A stretch of DNA of 52,116 bases from Candidatus Methanofastidiosum methylothiophilum (GTDB lineage: Archaea > Methanobacteriota_B > Thermococci > Methanofastidiosales > Methanofastidiosaceae), in NCBI GenBank assembly GCA_001587675.1, contig LNGD01000001.1:1-52116 (forward strand), written 5' to 3'. Below the pieces are notes generated by a model, which made no database searches, was not told the DNA's origin, and worked only from the letters and a program-made list of their open reading frames with translations. A program made the position numbers and the translations under genes. Position 1 is the first letter of the stretch, and each line of letters opens with the position of its first letter. Positions 1 to 8,254 of the stretch are shown here, one piece after another.

Positions 1-399
1 TTTAAGAAAATCTATTTGTGGACTCCAAGGAACGTTTGTACCACCATAAACCCCAACAGTTGTTTTGTTTTCAAGGAAAGGAAGAAATATCATAATAGAT
101 TGCAACAGTAAGGTTATACTACCAGCTGTTCCAATGTTAATTGTAACTCTCCTCTTAAATTCTTTCTTTGGGGTGAACCTAATCTCAGTCGAGCCAATTG
201 ATTTCCCAGATACTTCTGAACCTGTTAGTTCTTCAATTGCTGATATTGTCATTAAATGCTGAGGCGAAAGTCCTTCTTTTGGCCTATTTTTTCGGATATT
301 GTAAATGTGAATTGGAATTTCGGTAAGAACAGATAGTGCAAGGGATGTTCTAAGAATTTGCCCCCCTCCTTCACCAAAACTACCGTCAATTTCAATCAT
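1..399 (-). CDS. rtcA: RNA 3'-terminal phosphate cyclase, N-terminal 133 codons (gene runs off the window edge)
   Basis: Not in the ORF track because there is no stop in the window. My translation from ATG 399-397 on the minus strand is MIEIDGSFGEGGGQILRTSLALSVLTEIPIHIYNIRKNRPKEGLSPQHLMTISAIEEL... The GEGGGQILR and R-x-RP-x-x-GL-x-x-QHL blocks are the RtcA N-terminal signature. An AAGGT SD-like element lies upstream. Confidence 0.8.
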   Translation of the reverse strand, partial: MIEIDGSFGEGGGQILRTSLALSVLTEIPIHIYNIRKNRPKEGLSPQHLMTISAIEELTGSEVSGKSIGSTEIRFTPKKEFKRRVTINIGTAGSITLLLQSIMIFLPFLENKTTVGVYGGTNVPWSPQIDFLK

Positions 400-420
400 T
401 CAAATACCTTTCCTTAAAAA

Positions 421-1101
421 TTAGATATATTGATTAAAATATGGAATTACAACATAAATGAAATTAGCTCCTAGATAAATAAGAAACAAGCCACAGATCA
501 AAAGAATGACTTCGTATACTTTAGGACTTATGAATTTCTTCCCCTTGTATACTGAAAATGAAAGAAACGAATACCAAGAAATATCTGCAATCCAGTGCCC
601 GATAAATAAAAGAAAAACTCCTATGAATCCTATTAATAATCCTCTCATTACAAGGCTATTCCCAACTGTGGCCCACCAGATAATCATCGCAGGATTTAAG
701 ACTGTAAAAATAAAACCTGTTTTGATAGGTGGGAATAGATCGTTTTTAAACTTATTAGGATTAATTTGAATGTTATGAAGAGAGGATTCAGATATCTTCT
801 CAAATTTTTTCCTTTCCTTAACTATTTGGGCGCCAAGATAAATTAAACTTAAGCCTCCAATGAGCCCTATCAATGCTCTAACTAGAGGGATATTTATGAG
901 ATAAGAAATTCCAAGGGAAAGCCCAATAATAATAGGTATTTCAACAAAAAGATGGCCTATACATATCATTGGACCCGATAGAGGCCCATACTTCAATGTG
1001 TCCTTTATTGTTGCCATGAAAAGTGGGCCTGGTGCAATAGCTCCAGATAATCCAACACCAAATCCAATTGATAGAAGCAATAATTCCTCCATTAAAATCA
1101 C
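421..1101 (-). CDS. LysE/RhtB-family amino-acid exporter (multi-TM)
   Basis: 226-aa hydrophobic ORF. The N-terminal GLSGAIAPGPLF block is typical of LysE-type translocators. It lies co-directionally just upstream of rtcA. Confidence 0.6.
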   Translation of the reverse strand: MILMEELLLLSIGFGVGLSGAIAPGPLFMATIKDTLKYGPLSGPMICIGHLFVEIPIIIGLSLGISYLINIPLVRALIGLIGGLSLIYLGAQIVKERKKFEKISESSLHNIQINPNKFKNDLFPPIKTGFIFTVLNPAMIIWWATVGNSLVMRGLLIGFIGVFLLFIGHWIADISWYSFLSFSVYKGKKFISPKVYEVILLICGLFLIYLGANFIYVVIPYFNQYI

Positions 1102-1193
1102 TAATAGAATAGTGTTAATATATTTTTTGATTTAAGTAAAAACTATAATTATGTTTAAATATAATAAGAACATATACGGATATGGTGAAAAAA

Positions 1194-1517
1194 ATGAAGT
1201 ATGAAGTATTTTATGGAAGAGGAATGGGCAAGGTAAAAAAAGAATATCCTGATATTTATGAAGCTATTAAAACACTAAATGAAGTGGCTTATTCTGGAAA
1301 GGTTTTAGATTACAAGACACAGAAACTAATTGCAATAGGAATTACTGCAGGCCACTGTGATGAAACTGCTACGGAAAGGCAGATGCGCTCAGCTATGAAG
1401 GAACTAAATGTAACGCCAGAAGAAATAGCCGATGTACTAAGAGTAGTCCTACTAACTTCTGGTCAGCCGGCATTTACGAAAGGAATGAGAATTTTGGATG
1501 AATTAACTAAGAAATGA
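1194..1517 (+). CDS. Carboxymuconolactone decarboxylase (CMD/AhpD-like) family protein, paralog A
   Basis: Small CMD-type helical protein (YKTQKLIAIGITAGHCDETATERQM...VLRVVLLTSGQPAF). I moved the start from the track ATG 1182 to ATG 1194, because GGTGAA lies 4 nt upstream and the paralog at 4427-4750 begins at the equivalent Met. Confidence 0.6.
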   Translation: MKYEVFYGRGMGKVKKEYPDIYEAIKTLNEVAYSGKVLDYKTQKLIAIGITAGHCDETATERQMRSAMKELNVTPEEIADVLRVVLLTSGQPAFTKGMRILDELTKK

Positions 1518-1701
1518 TAGGTATAGTTAAATAAATTATCGAAATTGATTTCTATATTATATATTGTTAAATTCTATTGCTAAACATAGATAATAATTGA
1601 AAATAATATTAAGATTTAATAATTTTATAATATATTTAAAAAAAATGTAGAAAAGCTTATAAATTAGTATTAATACCATAAACATCATGAAGGTGATTTC
1701 A

Positions 1702-2259
1702 ATGAAAAAGGTTGGAATTGCTCTGTTATCAATTGCAGTTTTGTCATTGATAGTGGCCATCCCTGTATTCAGTGACAATTATACTTATAATTTTGAAAAA
1801 GGTACCGATGGTTGGGAAGCTACAGGCATGTGGCATATAGTAAATGAAAAATCCCAATACAGAAATGCAAACAGCGGAGTTTCTAGTTTCTGGTACGGAA
1901 ATGAGGTTACAGGAACGTACGATTCTGGAACAGCCAACAGTGGAAGATTAGTATCTCCTCAGATTAACCTAAAGAATTCTGAGAAAGCTACTTTGACTTT
2001 TTGGTACTGGTATCAAACTGAAACAATGGGAAAGCTTTACGACCAAAGATTTGTTCAAGTAAGAGAAGTTGGAACTGTCGAATGGAAAGATTTAGAGCAG
2101 TTAAACGGAGACCCGATGGAGAAATGGATTCAGAAAACTTACGACCTAACTCCTTACAAGGGCAAAGTTATTGAGGTAAGCTTTTACTTTGACATGAGCG
2201 ATGAATTGGCCAATGATTACCGTGGCTGGTACATTGATGATGTCGAAATACAAGCCTAA
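1702..2259 (+). CDS. Secreted beta-sandwich protein (MAM / choice-of-anchor-J-like; ends in GWYIDDVEI)
   Basis: Signal peptide MKKVGIALLSIAVLSLIVAIPVFS. The C-terminal W-Y-I-D-D-V motif is typical of MAM-like/anchor-J jelly-roll domains. I moved the start from 1687 to 1702 because AGGTGAT lies 4 nt upstream. Confidence 0.5.
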   Translation: MKKVGIALLSIAVLSLIVAIPVFSDNYTYNFEKGTDGWEATGMWHIVNEKSQYRNANSGVSSFWYGNEVTGTYDSGTANSGRLVSPQINLKNSEKATLTFWYWYQTETMGKLYDQRFVQVREVGTVEWKDLEQLNGDPMEKWIQKTYDLTPYKGKVIEVSFYFDMSDELANDYRGWYIDDVEIQA

Positions 2260-2375
2260 ATTTATTTTATTTTCTAACTTTTTTGAATAATTTTTTGTAA
2301 CTGATAACATAATAACAATTACTGATTACCAAAACTTTATAAACTAATTCAGATTGGTATGTTAGAGGTCAAAAA

Positions 2376-2759
2376 ATGAAAAAAGTAATTACCATAAGCC
2401 TAGTTTTGGTATTTTTACTGGGAACCTTAACTGTTGCTATGACTTTAGCAAACGGCGATATAACAGTCAACAGCACTAAAGTACAGAAAGGAGACATAAT
2501 AATTGTAACTTCAGTTGGTTGCTCAAATCCAAACGATCCAACTATCTCAAATGAAGAGGCATACAGAGTTGAAAAATTCTCTAATAGAGAAACTATATCC
2601 GAAGCTACACAAACATATCAGTGGAAATATAAGGCGAAACAGATTGGAAATGTTACCTTTACAGGTTACTGTGGAGGAACAGCAACAGTTTACATAGCAC
2701 CAAAAGAACAGCCAATGTATTTCTTTATGAAAATAATTGGATTTGGAAAGAAAAAGTAA
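2376..2759 (+). CDS. Small secreted protein, unknown function
   Basis: 127 aa with an N-terminal signal/TM segment (MKKVITISLVLVFLLGTLTVAMTLA) and a GAGGT SD. No family recognised; it faintly resembles a chagasin-type inhibitor fold. Confidence 0.45.
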   Translation: MKKVITISLVLVFLLGTLTVAMTLANGDITVNSTKVQKGDIIIVTSVGCSNPNDPTISNEEAYRVEKFSNRETISEATQTYQWKYKAKQIGNVTFTGYCGGTATVYIAPKEQPMYFFMKIIGFGKKK

Positions 2760-2768
2760 AAATTAAAA

Positions 2769-3128
2769 CTATTTTATTTCTATTTTAAAGTGTCTTATTT
2801 TCTTTGGTATTTCGAGAACTAGAATGCCTTTTCTAAAGACAGCTGAAACGTTCTCTGGATCAGTAGGGAAAGGTAATCTTATTTCTTTCTTAAAACATAC
2901 GCCTTTTGTAGTCGGTGCACAAACTCTTATACAGTATTCTTCAGAGGTCACATCAATGTTTTCCTTCTCAACACATGGTAAATCTAGATTAGCAATTAGG
3001 GCATCATTTGTTTCATGAAATTCAGTTAAAGGTTCAACGCTATGTGGGATACAATAATTAACATACCAATATTTTTCAGTTGTTGAATTTTGTTTATTCT
3101 CCCTTATTACATAATATCTTCTAATCAT
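2769..3128 (-). CDS. Hsp20/alpha-crystallin-like small heat-shock protein (divergent)
   Basis: DLPCVEKENIDVTSEE...IRLPFPTDPENVSAVFRKGILVLEIPKK follows the alpha-crystallin-domain pattern (DLPG-x-K-x-x-I-x-V ... A-x-[FY]-x-NGVL-x-I-x-PK). Confidence 0.45.
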   Translation of the reverse strand: MIRRYYVIRENKQNSTTEKYWYVNYCIPHSVEPLTEFHETNDALIANLDLPCVEKENIDVTSEEYCIRVCAPTTKGVCFKKEIRLPFPTDPENVSAVFRKGILVLEIPKKIRHFKIEIK

Positions 3129-3133
3129 AGAAC

Positions 3134-3880
3134 CTACCTATACATTGTTGGAATTTCTACTTTAGTTTCCTTCTGCATTGATGCATTTGTCTGTTCCATT
3201 AATGCACGATAGTTAATCTTTACTTCTTGTGCTTGATCTATTAACTGTTTAACATCTATATTAATATCAATCATCTTGTTTATGGTCTTAAGAATTGATG
3301 CGGCGGCACCTGGGTCCGGATAACTTGGGTAGCTCTGTGAAAGTAGCACAGAGGAATTTATACCTAATTCAATGCAATTTTTTAAGATAAGCGCATAGAA
3401 ACCTGAGATAAATCCCTCTTCTAGTATCTGCACACCTATTTCTTCCATTTTATTAAGAAGCTCTTGTTTATTAGAGGTTCCGAAGACGATAGGATCATCA
3501 ATATCAATTCTTTCTTGGACTGGTGTTCCACTTATCGAAATAACTAACTCTGCACCTTTTTCTTTATACCAATCGACAAGTCTTTTTGAAAGAAGAAATC
3601 CAAGTTTTGGATCAACTGGTATCTCGGCAAGGATCGCCAAAATTTTTCCCTTTTGGAAAATTCTTATTGGGTTCAATACCTTCCTTTCATGGATAACCAT
3701 TACAGGTGGTAAAAGATCTGATTTAATGTAACCTACTTCTTCAAATTTATTTTCGAGTACCATATGGCTTACTGCGATTGAACCTACAAGACCGATGTCA
3801 GGTACGCCTTCTATTATAATTGGACTTTCTATATCAATCTTTTTTGTTTCAACAATAGCTATGTCTTCAGAAAGACCCAT
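3134..3880 (-). CDS. PAC2-family protein (proteasome-assembly-chaperone-like, COG1938)
   Basis: PIIIEGVPDIGLVGSIAVSHMV is the characteristic N-terminal block of archaeal PAC2 proteins. I set the start to ATG 3880 (GGTGAG-TTT-ATG) rather than the track start 3976, which would overlap the upstream gene. Confidence 0.65.
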   Translation of the reverse strand: MGLSEDIAIVETKKIDIESPIIIEGVPDIGLVGSIAVSHMVLENKFEEVGYIKSDLLPPVMVIHERKVLNPIRIFQKGKILAILAEIPVDPKLGFLLSKRLVDWYKEKGAELVISISGTPVQERIDIDDPIVFGTSNKQELLNKMEEIGVQILEEGFISGFYALILKNCIELGINSSVLLSQSYPSYPDPGAAASILKTINKMIDINIDVKQLIDQAQEVKINYRALMEQTNASMQKETKVEIPTMYR

Positions 3881-3956
3881 AAACTCACCTTCTTTAGATG
3901 AATGATTAAAGTTTAAATATCTAATCCCGATAGAAAGAAAAAAAATTATTAATAGT

Positions 3957-4268
3957 TTATTCTTGTCTCTTCTCAACGACTATTTTACATTTTACAGCCA
4001 ATGCTGCTATAGCTCCCACTGCTGCAAGCCAAGGCGCTATAAGGGCCCCAACAAGCCCCGCTACGACAGGTATATCCAGTAACGTTCTATCCTTTTCATC
4101 TTTTATTATGATCCTTGTGGCGATACCCTCATCAATTAGCTTTTTTATTTCTTCAACAAGATGATCAGAATCAACAAAAAATTCTTCTCTTTTACCTGTT
4201 GAAGAACCACATTGAGGACAGAATTTTGCCGTATCATCTATCTCAATATTACAATTTTTGCATATCAT
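3957..4268 (-). CDS. Zinc-ribbon plus DUF4342-like protein
   Basis: The N-terminal CxxC...CxxC (CKNCNIEIDDTAKFCPQCG) is a zinc ribbon. The C-terminal RIIIKDEKDRTLLDIPVVAGLVGALIAPWLAAVGAIAAL resembles DUF4342. Confidence 0.55.
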   Translation of the reverse strand: MICKNCNIEIDDTAKFCPQCGSSTGKREEFFVDSDHLVEEIKKLIDEGIATRIIIKDEKDRTLLDIPVVAGLVGALIAPWLAAVGAIAALAVKCKIVVEKRQE

Positions 4269-4426
4269 TTTATCCCAATATAAATACAGAATTCTAGTTT
4301 AAATTATTATTTAGTATCCTCCCAATTATATATAGGTTTAACATAGATAAAGAAATGATGCAAATTTAATCTAATGAATTTAAGAGATTATCTTTATAAA
4401 ATTGAAATAAAAATTTAGAAAAGAAA

Positions 4427-4750
4427 TTATTGTTTTTCTATTTCATCTAGTAATCTCATGCCTTTATTGAATGCAGGCATTCCTGAAGTTAATAGTACAA
4501 CTCTAAGAACATCTACTATTTCATCTTTTGTTATTTTAAATTCATTCATAGCTGAGATCATTTGCCTTTTTGTTGCACTTTCATCAGATCTCGATGCAAC
4601 AATAGCCAATGCAACTAATTTTTGAGTTCTATAATCAAGGACTCTTCCAGTGAAAACTGCTTCATCAAGTTTAACTATAGCCTCAAATATTTCAGGGTAT
4701 TCAGTTTTTATTTTGTTGACTCCTTTGCCATAAAACACTCCATCTTTCAT
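4427..4750 (-). CDS. Carboxymuconolactone decarboxylase (CMD/AhpD-like) family protein, paralog B
   Basis: About 60% identical by eye to the protein at 1194-1517, in inverted orientation. GGTGAT-ATA-ATG start geometry. Confidence 0.6.
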   Translation of the reverse strand: MKDGVFYGKGVNKIKTEYPEIFEAIVKLDEAVFTGRVLDYRTQKLVALAIVASRSDESATKRQMISAMNEFKITKDEIVDVLRVVLLTSGMPAFNKGMRLLDEIEKQ

Positions 4751-4953
4751 TATATCACCAGACGAAATAATAAAAATTTGAATATAAAATAATTTGTTGA
4801 ATAATCATATGCAAACTTAATCCCTTTTTAAATCCTAAAATCATCACCAAACAAAGGTGGCGTCATAAAAGAAAAATATGTCAATATGGGAAATTTTTGC
4901 ATATACCCCAATATATAGAAAAATATTTAAGGTTTAATTTAATCTATTATTTT

Positions 4954-5976
4954 ATGAAGAGAGAAGAATTATTGTCAAAAGAAATAGAACATATAGATAT
5001 TAAACGTTTTGATTCTAGAGATTTAGTCGATGCTTTTTCAAAAATGGCTTTTCAGGCCAAAAACCTTGCAAGGGCATCATACATTTATGACAAAATGATT
5101 GAAGATAAAGACTGCTCAATTATTTTATGTTTAGCAGGGTCAATTTTTAGTGCAGGGCTAAAAAAAGTAGTATACGATATGGTTAAGCATAATATGGTCG
5201 ATGCAATAGTATCAACAGGAGCCATAATTGTTGATCAGGAATTTTTTGAAGCCCTAGGATTTAAACATTACCAAGGGACCCCTTTTATCGATGATGAGAT
5301 GCTTAGACAACAGAATATTGATAGAATTTATGATACCTACATCGATGAGGAAGAATTAAGGGTATGTGACATGACTATTGCAGAAATTGCTAACTCACTT
5401 GAGCCAAGGCCTTATTCTTCTAGAGAATTCATCGTTGCTATGGGAGAATATCTTGATAAGCATGGTTCTAAAGTTAATGATTCAATAGTTCTTGAAGCAT
5501 ACAAAAAAGCAGTCCCTATATTTGTACCCGCTTTCTCAGATTGCAGTGCAGGATTTGGGCTTGTTTATCATCAGAATGAAAGAGGTAACAAACCAAAGGT
5601 ATCCATTGACAGTGCTAAAGATTTCTTGGAATTGACAAAAATTAAAATAGCTTCCAAAGACACAGGTCTTTTCATGATTGGTGGCGGAGTTCCAAAAAAC
5701 TTTTCTCAAGATGTCCCAGTAGCAGCAGATATCTTAGGCAAGCAAGTAAATATGCACAAATATGCAGTCCAAATTACTGTTGCTGATGAAAGAGACGGAG
5801 CACTTTCAGGTTCAACTTTAAAAGAAGCTCACTCTTGGGGAAAAGTAGATAGTGGAAGCGAACAAATGGTCTATGCCGAAGCAACTATTGCAATGCCATT
5901 AATTGTTAGCTACGCTTACCATAAAGGTGGATGGAAGAATAGAAAGGAAAATAGATTCAACGATTACTTAAAATAA
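4954..5976 (+). CDS. dys: Deoxyhypusine synthase
   Basis: GGGVPKNF and EAHSWGK (catalytic Lys) motifs, and the length fits. The track start 4897 is a TTG. ATG 4954 lies about 25-40 nt downstream of a TATA-like ATATATAGAAAAATATTTAAGG, so the transcript is probably leaderless. Confidence 0.9.
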   Translation: MKREELLSKEIEHIDIKRFDSRDLVDAFSKMAFQAKNLARASYIYDKMIEDKDCSIILCLAGSIFSAGLKKVVYDMVKHNMVDAIVSTGAIIVDQEFFEALGFKHYQGTPFIDDEMLRQQNIDRIYDTYIDEEELRVCDMTIAEIANSLEPRPYSSREFIVAMGEYLDKHGSKVNDSIVLEAYKKAVPIFVPAFSDCSAGFGLVYHQNERGNKPKVSIDSAKDFLELTKIKIASKDTGLFMIGGGVPKNFSQDVPVAADILGKQVNMHKYAVQITVADERDGALSGSTLKEAHSWGKVDSGSEQMVYAEATIAMPLIVSYAYHKGGWKNRKENRFNDYLK

Positions 5977-5983
5977 TTTTTTT
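5977..5983 (+). terminator. Oligo-T tract (T7) immediately after the dys stop codon
   Basis: TAA at 5974-5976 is followed directly by TTTTTTT. Archaeal RNA polymerase terminates on oligo-T, but T runs are common in this AT-rich DNA. Confidence 0.35.
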
Positions 5984-6019
5984 ATAATTTTGAAACTTAA
6001 TAAAGATTTTTTAAATAGA

Positions 6020-6439
6020 TTATTGTTTCTTTTGGAGTATTTCTTCCGCTTTCCTTTCAATTTCATTCATTCTAGAACTTATATTTTGTAAAGTTGCTTC
6101 GTTTTGTCCAATATTTTTTTCAACTTCTTTTAAAGTTTCATTTAGCTTAGATATAGTTTCTTCTATTGTCCTTTCCATAGTGACGTCTCTTGCAAGGGTA
6201 GTAATTATATTTTTTACATCTCCTATTTTACCCTTAACAAAATTTCCGGCGCCTATTGGTATAAGTATTTCATTACCTTCTTTTACATTCTTTAGACCTT
6301 CAAGTGTAATTATTGACATGCCAAGTTCATTTCTGTGAGAGGAAAGTAAAGATAGATTACTTGATAATATTTTTGATTGTTCATTTAGATAGTTTAGTTC
6401 AGAGCTAAGCCTTCTAATAGCTTCTTCCTCACCGGCCAT
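6020..6439 (-). CDS. pfdA: Prefoldin alpha subunit
   Basis: Coiled-coil ends flank ILIPIGAGNFVKGKIGD (the alpha-type double beta-hairpin). It sits in the conserved L39e-L31e-eIF6-LX-PfdA block. Confidence 0.8.
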   Translation of the reverse strand: MAGEEEAIRRLSSELNYLNEQSKILSSNLSLLSSHRNELGMSIITLEGLKNVKEGNEILIPIGAGNFVKGKIGDVKNIITTLARDVTMERTIEETISKLNETLKEVEKNIGQNEATLQNISSRMNEIERKAEEILQKKQ

Positions 6440-6631
6440 TTACATTTCACCTTGTTTTTCAACGATGCTCTTTATTTCAATATTTCTTCTCTTACATCCG
6501 TAAATAGATCCATATTTAGAATATATATCTTCAAGAACATCTTCTTCCTTTATTCCTTGAAAATCCTTAACAAAGTGTTTTTTACTATTTCTTAAGTTAA
6601 TAATTCCTTCAACTGTATAGGTTTTAATCAT
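6440..6631 (-). CDS. rplX: 50S ribosomal protein LX (L18Ae)
   Basis: 63 aa with the ...YSKYGSIYGCKRRNIEIKSIVE pattern. It lies in the conserved position between eIF6 and prefoldin alpha. GAGGTGAT-TTA-ATG start. Confidence 0.7.
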   Translation of the reverse strand: MIKTYTVEGIINLRNSKKHFVKDFQGIKEEDVLEDIYSKYGSIYGCKRRNIEIKSIVEKQGEM

Positions 6632-6640
6632 TAAATCACC

Positions 6641-7294
6641 TCATATGCCCATAATATCTTCAATATAGCTCATTTCTATACCCGTAGTAGTTTCTCCAAC
6701 GATTGCACCTTTATCATTTGCTATAATACAAGCGCTAATATAAGATACTCCCCGATTCAATGTTGCCATTTTTACATCAACCTTCAAAAGGTCTTTTATC
6801 AAGGATATATCATCCTCTTTTGCCTCTTTGTGAACTAAGCATCCCATGTTATTAGTGCTAGCAACGCTTCCAACATATTTATGATTGCCTATTGTTGAAA
6901 TGGCTGTTTCAACTCCAAGGATATCTTCGATTAATTGTTGTTCGCTTGACAGTATAGGGCTAATAATAGCTCCTTTATCATTTGATAATATTAAGTTTCC
7001 AACTGCTGTTTCTTTAGTATCTAGGATACATTTGTTTATACCCATATTTTCAATTAATTGAAGTTCTTCATCTTCTATTACATATGGGAGTATTATTCCA
7101 TTATTATTCCCTGATAGATAAATACCTGCCAAATCAGTTGAGGCAACAGTACTAAGTATCACTTCAGTTCCTAAAGTATTCATTAGAACTTCTTCGTTAT
7201 CTCCAATATCTCCTCTGACTAGAGTAAAGCTATTATTTGTGAAGCCGAATAGTCCAACGAAGGGATTCCCACTGAAATTCAACTGTCTAATCAT
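6641..7294 (-). CDS. eif6: Translation initiation factor 6 (aIF6/eIF6)
   Basis: 217 aa with pentameric pseudo-repeat character (GNPFVGLFGFTNNS..., repeated ...GN...SN..GAI..). Conserved operon position. Confidence 0.9.
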   Translation of the reverse strand: MIRQLNFSGNPFVGLFGFTNNSFTLVRGDIGDNEEVLMNTLGTEVILSTVASTDLAGIYLSGNNNGIILPYVIEDEELQLIENMGINKCILDTKETAVGNLILSNDKGAIISPILSSEQQLIEDILGVETAISTIGNHKYVGSVASTNNMGCLVHKEAKEDDISLIKDLLKVDVKMATLNRGVSYISACIIANDKGAIVGETTTGIEMSYIEDIMGI

Positions 7295-7299
7295 TAGCT

Positions 7300-7581
7300 T
7301 TACTCCGCAAGATACGCAGTAACAACTTCTCTTTTTTCTTCCCCTTCTTCTCCTTTAACGACTCTAATCTTTATTTTTGAAGGAGAACTCTCTATTCCTC
7401 TCTCCCAAAGTTTTTCATTGAGTTGTTTGTCAATTTTAATATTCTCACATTTCGAATGTTTCTCAACAAATTCCTTCAAAACTCTTGTTGCTCTAGCCGC
7501 TCTCTGAGTTCTGGGGGCATCTTTAACTTTTCTTAAAGGTACTACATACATTCTCTCTTCATTAATATCCAAAACTCTCAC
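7300..7581 (-). CDS. rpl31e: 50S ribosomal protein L31e
   Basis: YVVPLRKVKDAPRTQRAARATRVLKEFVEKHSK...IDKQLNEKLWERGIESSPSKIKIRV matches the L31e pattern. GTG start 2 nt after the L39e stop. Confidence 0.9.
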   Translation of the reverse strand: MRVLDINEERMYVVPLRKVKDAPRTQRAARATRVLKEFVEKHSKCENIKIDKQLNEKLWERGIESSPSKIKIRVVKGEEGEEKREVVTAYLAE

Positions 7582-7583
7582 CT

Positions 7584-7739
7584 CTACTTCTTAAGAGAAG
7601 TTCTTCGCCAATTTCTTCTTTTCGGGTGTGATCTTACTTTCAACTTAGTCTTGGCCCATACCCAAACAGGGACTCTTCTGTTCTGGTTCATAGCCTTACC
7701 AAGTCTCTTCTTTTTTCCGAGTCCTTTGTTTCTCGACAT
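7584..7739 (-). CDS. rpl39e: 50S ribosomal protein L39e (51 aa; absent from the ORF track because it is under 60 aa)
   Basis: My translation is [51 protein letters not shown], which is an unmistakable L39e. A GGAGG SD lies 6 nt upstream (7746-7750). Confidence 0.9.
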   Translation of the reverse strand: MSRNKGLGKKKRLGKAMNQNRRVPVWVWAKTKLKVRSHPKRRNWRRTSLKK

Positions 7740-7781
7740 GATAATCCTCCAATAATAGCGAGTTTAATAGGCATTTAAGTA

Positions 7782-7802
7782 TCCATTTATATGTCTTTTG
7801 TT
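7782..7802 (-). promoter_or_regulatory. Candidate BRE/TATA promoter of the rpl39e-rpl31e-eif6-rplX-pfdA operon
   Basis: The minus strand reads CAAAAGAC-ATATAAAT (purine-rich BRE-like element plus TATA) about 45 nt upstream of the L39e ATG. This would give a short leader containing the GGAGG SD. Confidence 0.35.
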
Positions 7803-7849
7803 TATGTCTTTCAGAGATAAATTCCTTTTAAAAGCCTTTCATAGGGCAA

Positions 7850-8209
7850 TTATCTCCTAAAAATATACCTTGCAGGGCTTCTTCCAAGGCCTATTTCAAA
7901 TCTACAGTTTTTGCACATTTTGCCAATCGTTGTTGCTCTTCCAAACAAATCCTGGGACATTATATTCTGAAGATCTTTTCCACAAAAAGGACAAATTTTG
8001 ATCTCTTTTCCTTTCCTAGAGTGTACTTGGACTTTAACTCCATACCTTTTAGCCACTTTTCTTATTCTTTCAGCTGAAACCTGTATTCCTTTATTTATAG
8101 ATAGTTTGTTTTTCACTTTTTCTAAAAGCTCTTTTTGTGAATGAATTATTGTATCTTCACTTAATACCTTTTTAATGGCCTCAAGAATTTGTTGATCAGT
8201 AACCCTCAT
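7850..8209 (-). CDS. Hypothetical protein, helical N-domain plus C-terminal zinc ribbon
   Basis: CPFCGKDL...CKNCRF is a four-Cys ribbon, and the C-terminus is basic. I prefer ATG 8209 to the track GTG 8224, because a TTTATATTTTAAAG TATA-like element lies about 25-30 nt upstream (leaderless). Confidence 0.5.
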   Translation of the reverse strand: MRVTDQQILEAIKKVLSEDTIIHSQKELLEKVKNKLSINKGIQVSAERIRKVAKRYGVKVQVHSRKGKEIKICPFCGKDLQNIMSQDLFGRATTIGKMCKNCRFEIGLGRSPARYIFRR

Positions 8210-8254
8210 GATATTTATAAACACTTTAAAATATAAATGATTATCTAAGAGTTA

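Noticed and set aside
65-262. 65-aa plus-strand ORF at the left edge.
   Set aside because: The opposite strand encodes a clear RtcA N-terminus across 1-399.
1557-1778. 73-aa minus-strand ORF.
   Set aside because: It lies in a nearly pure A/T intergenic/promoter stretch and overlaps the signal-peptide region of the plus-strand secreted protein. The composition is Ile/Asn/Phe/Leu-only.
2376-2759. Assigning the 127-aa secreted protein to the chagasin (I42) protease-inhibitor family.
   Set aside because: Only a loose resemblance (…NPNDPT…, …YQWKYKAKQIGNVTFTGY…) is present, and the diagnostic NPTTGY motif is absent.
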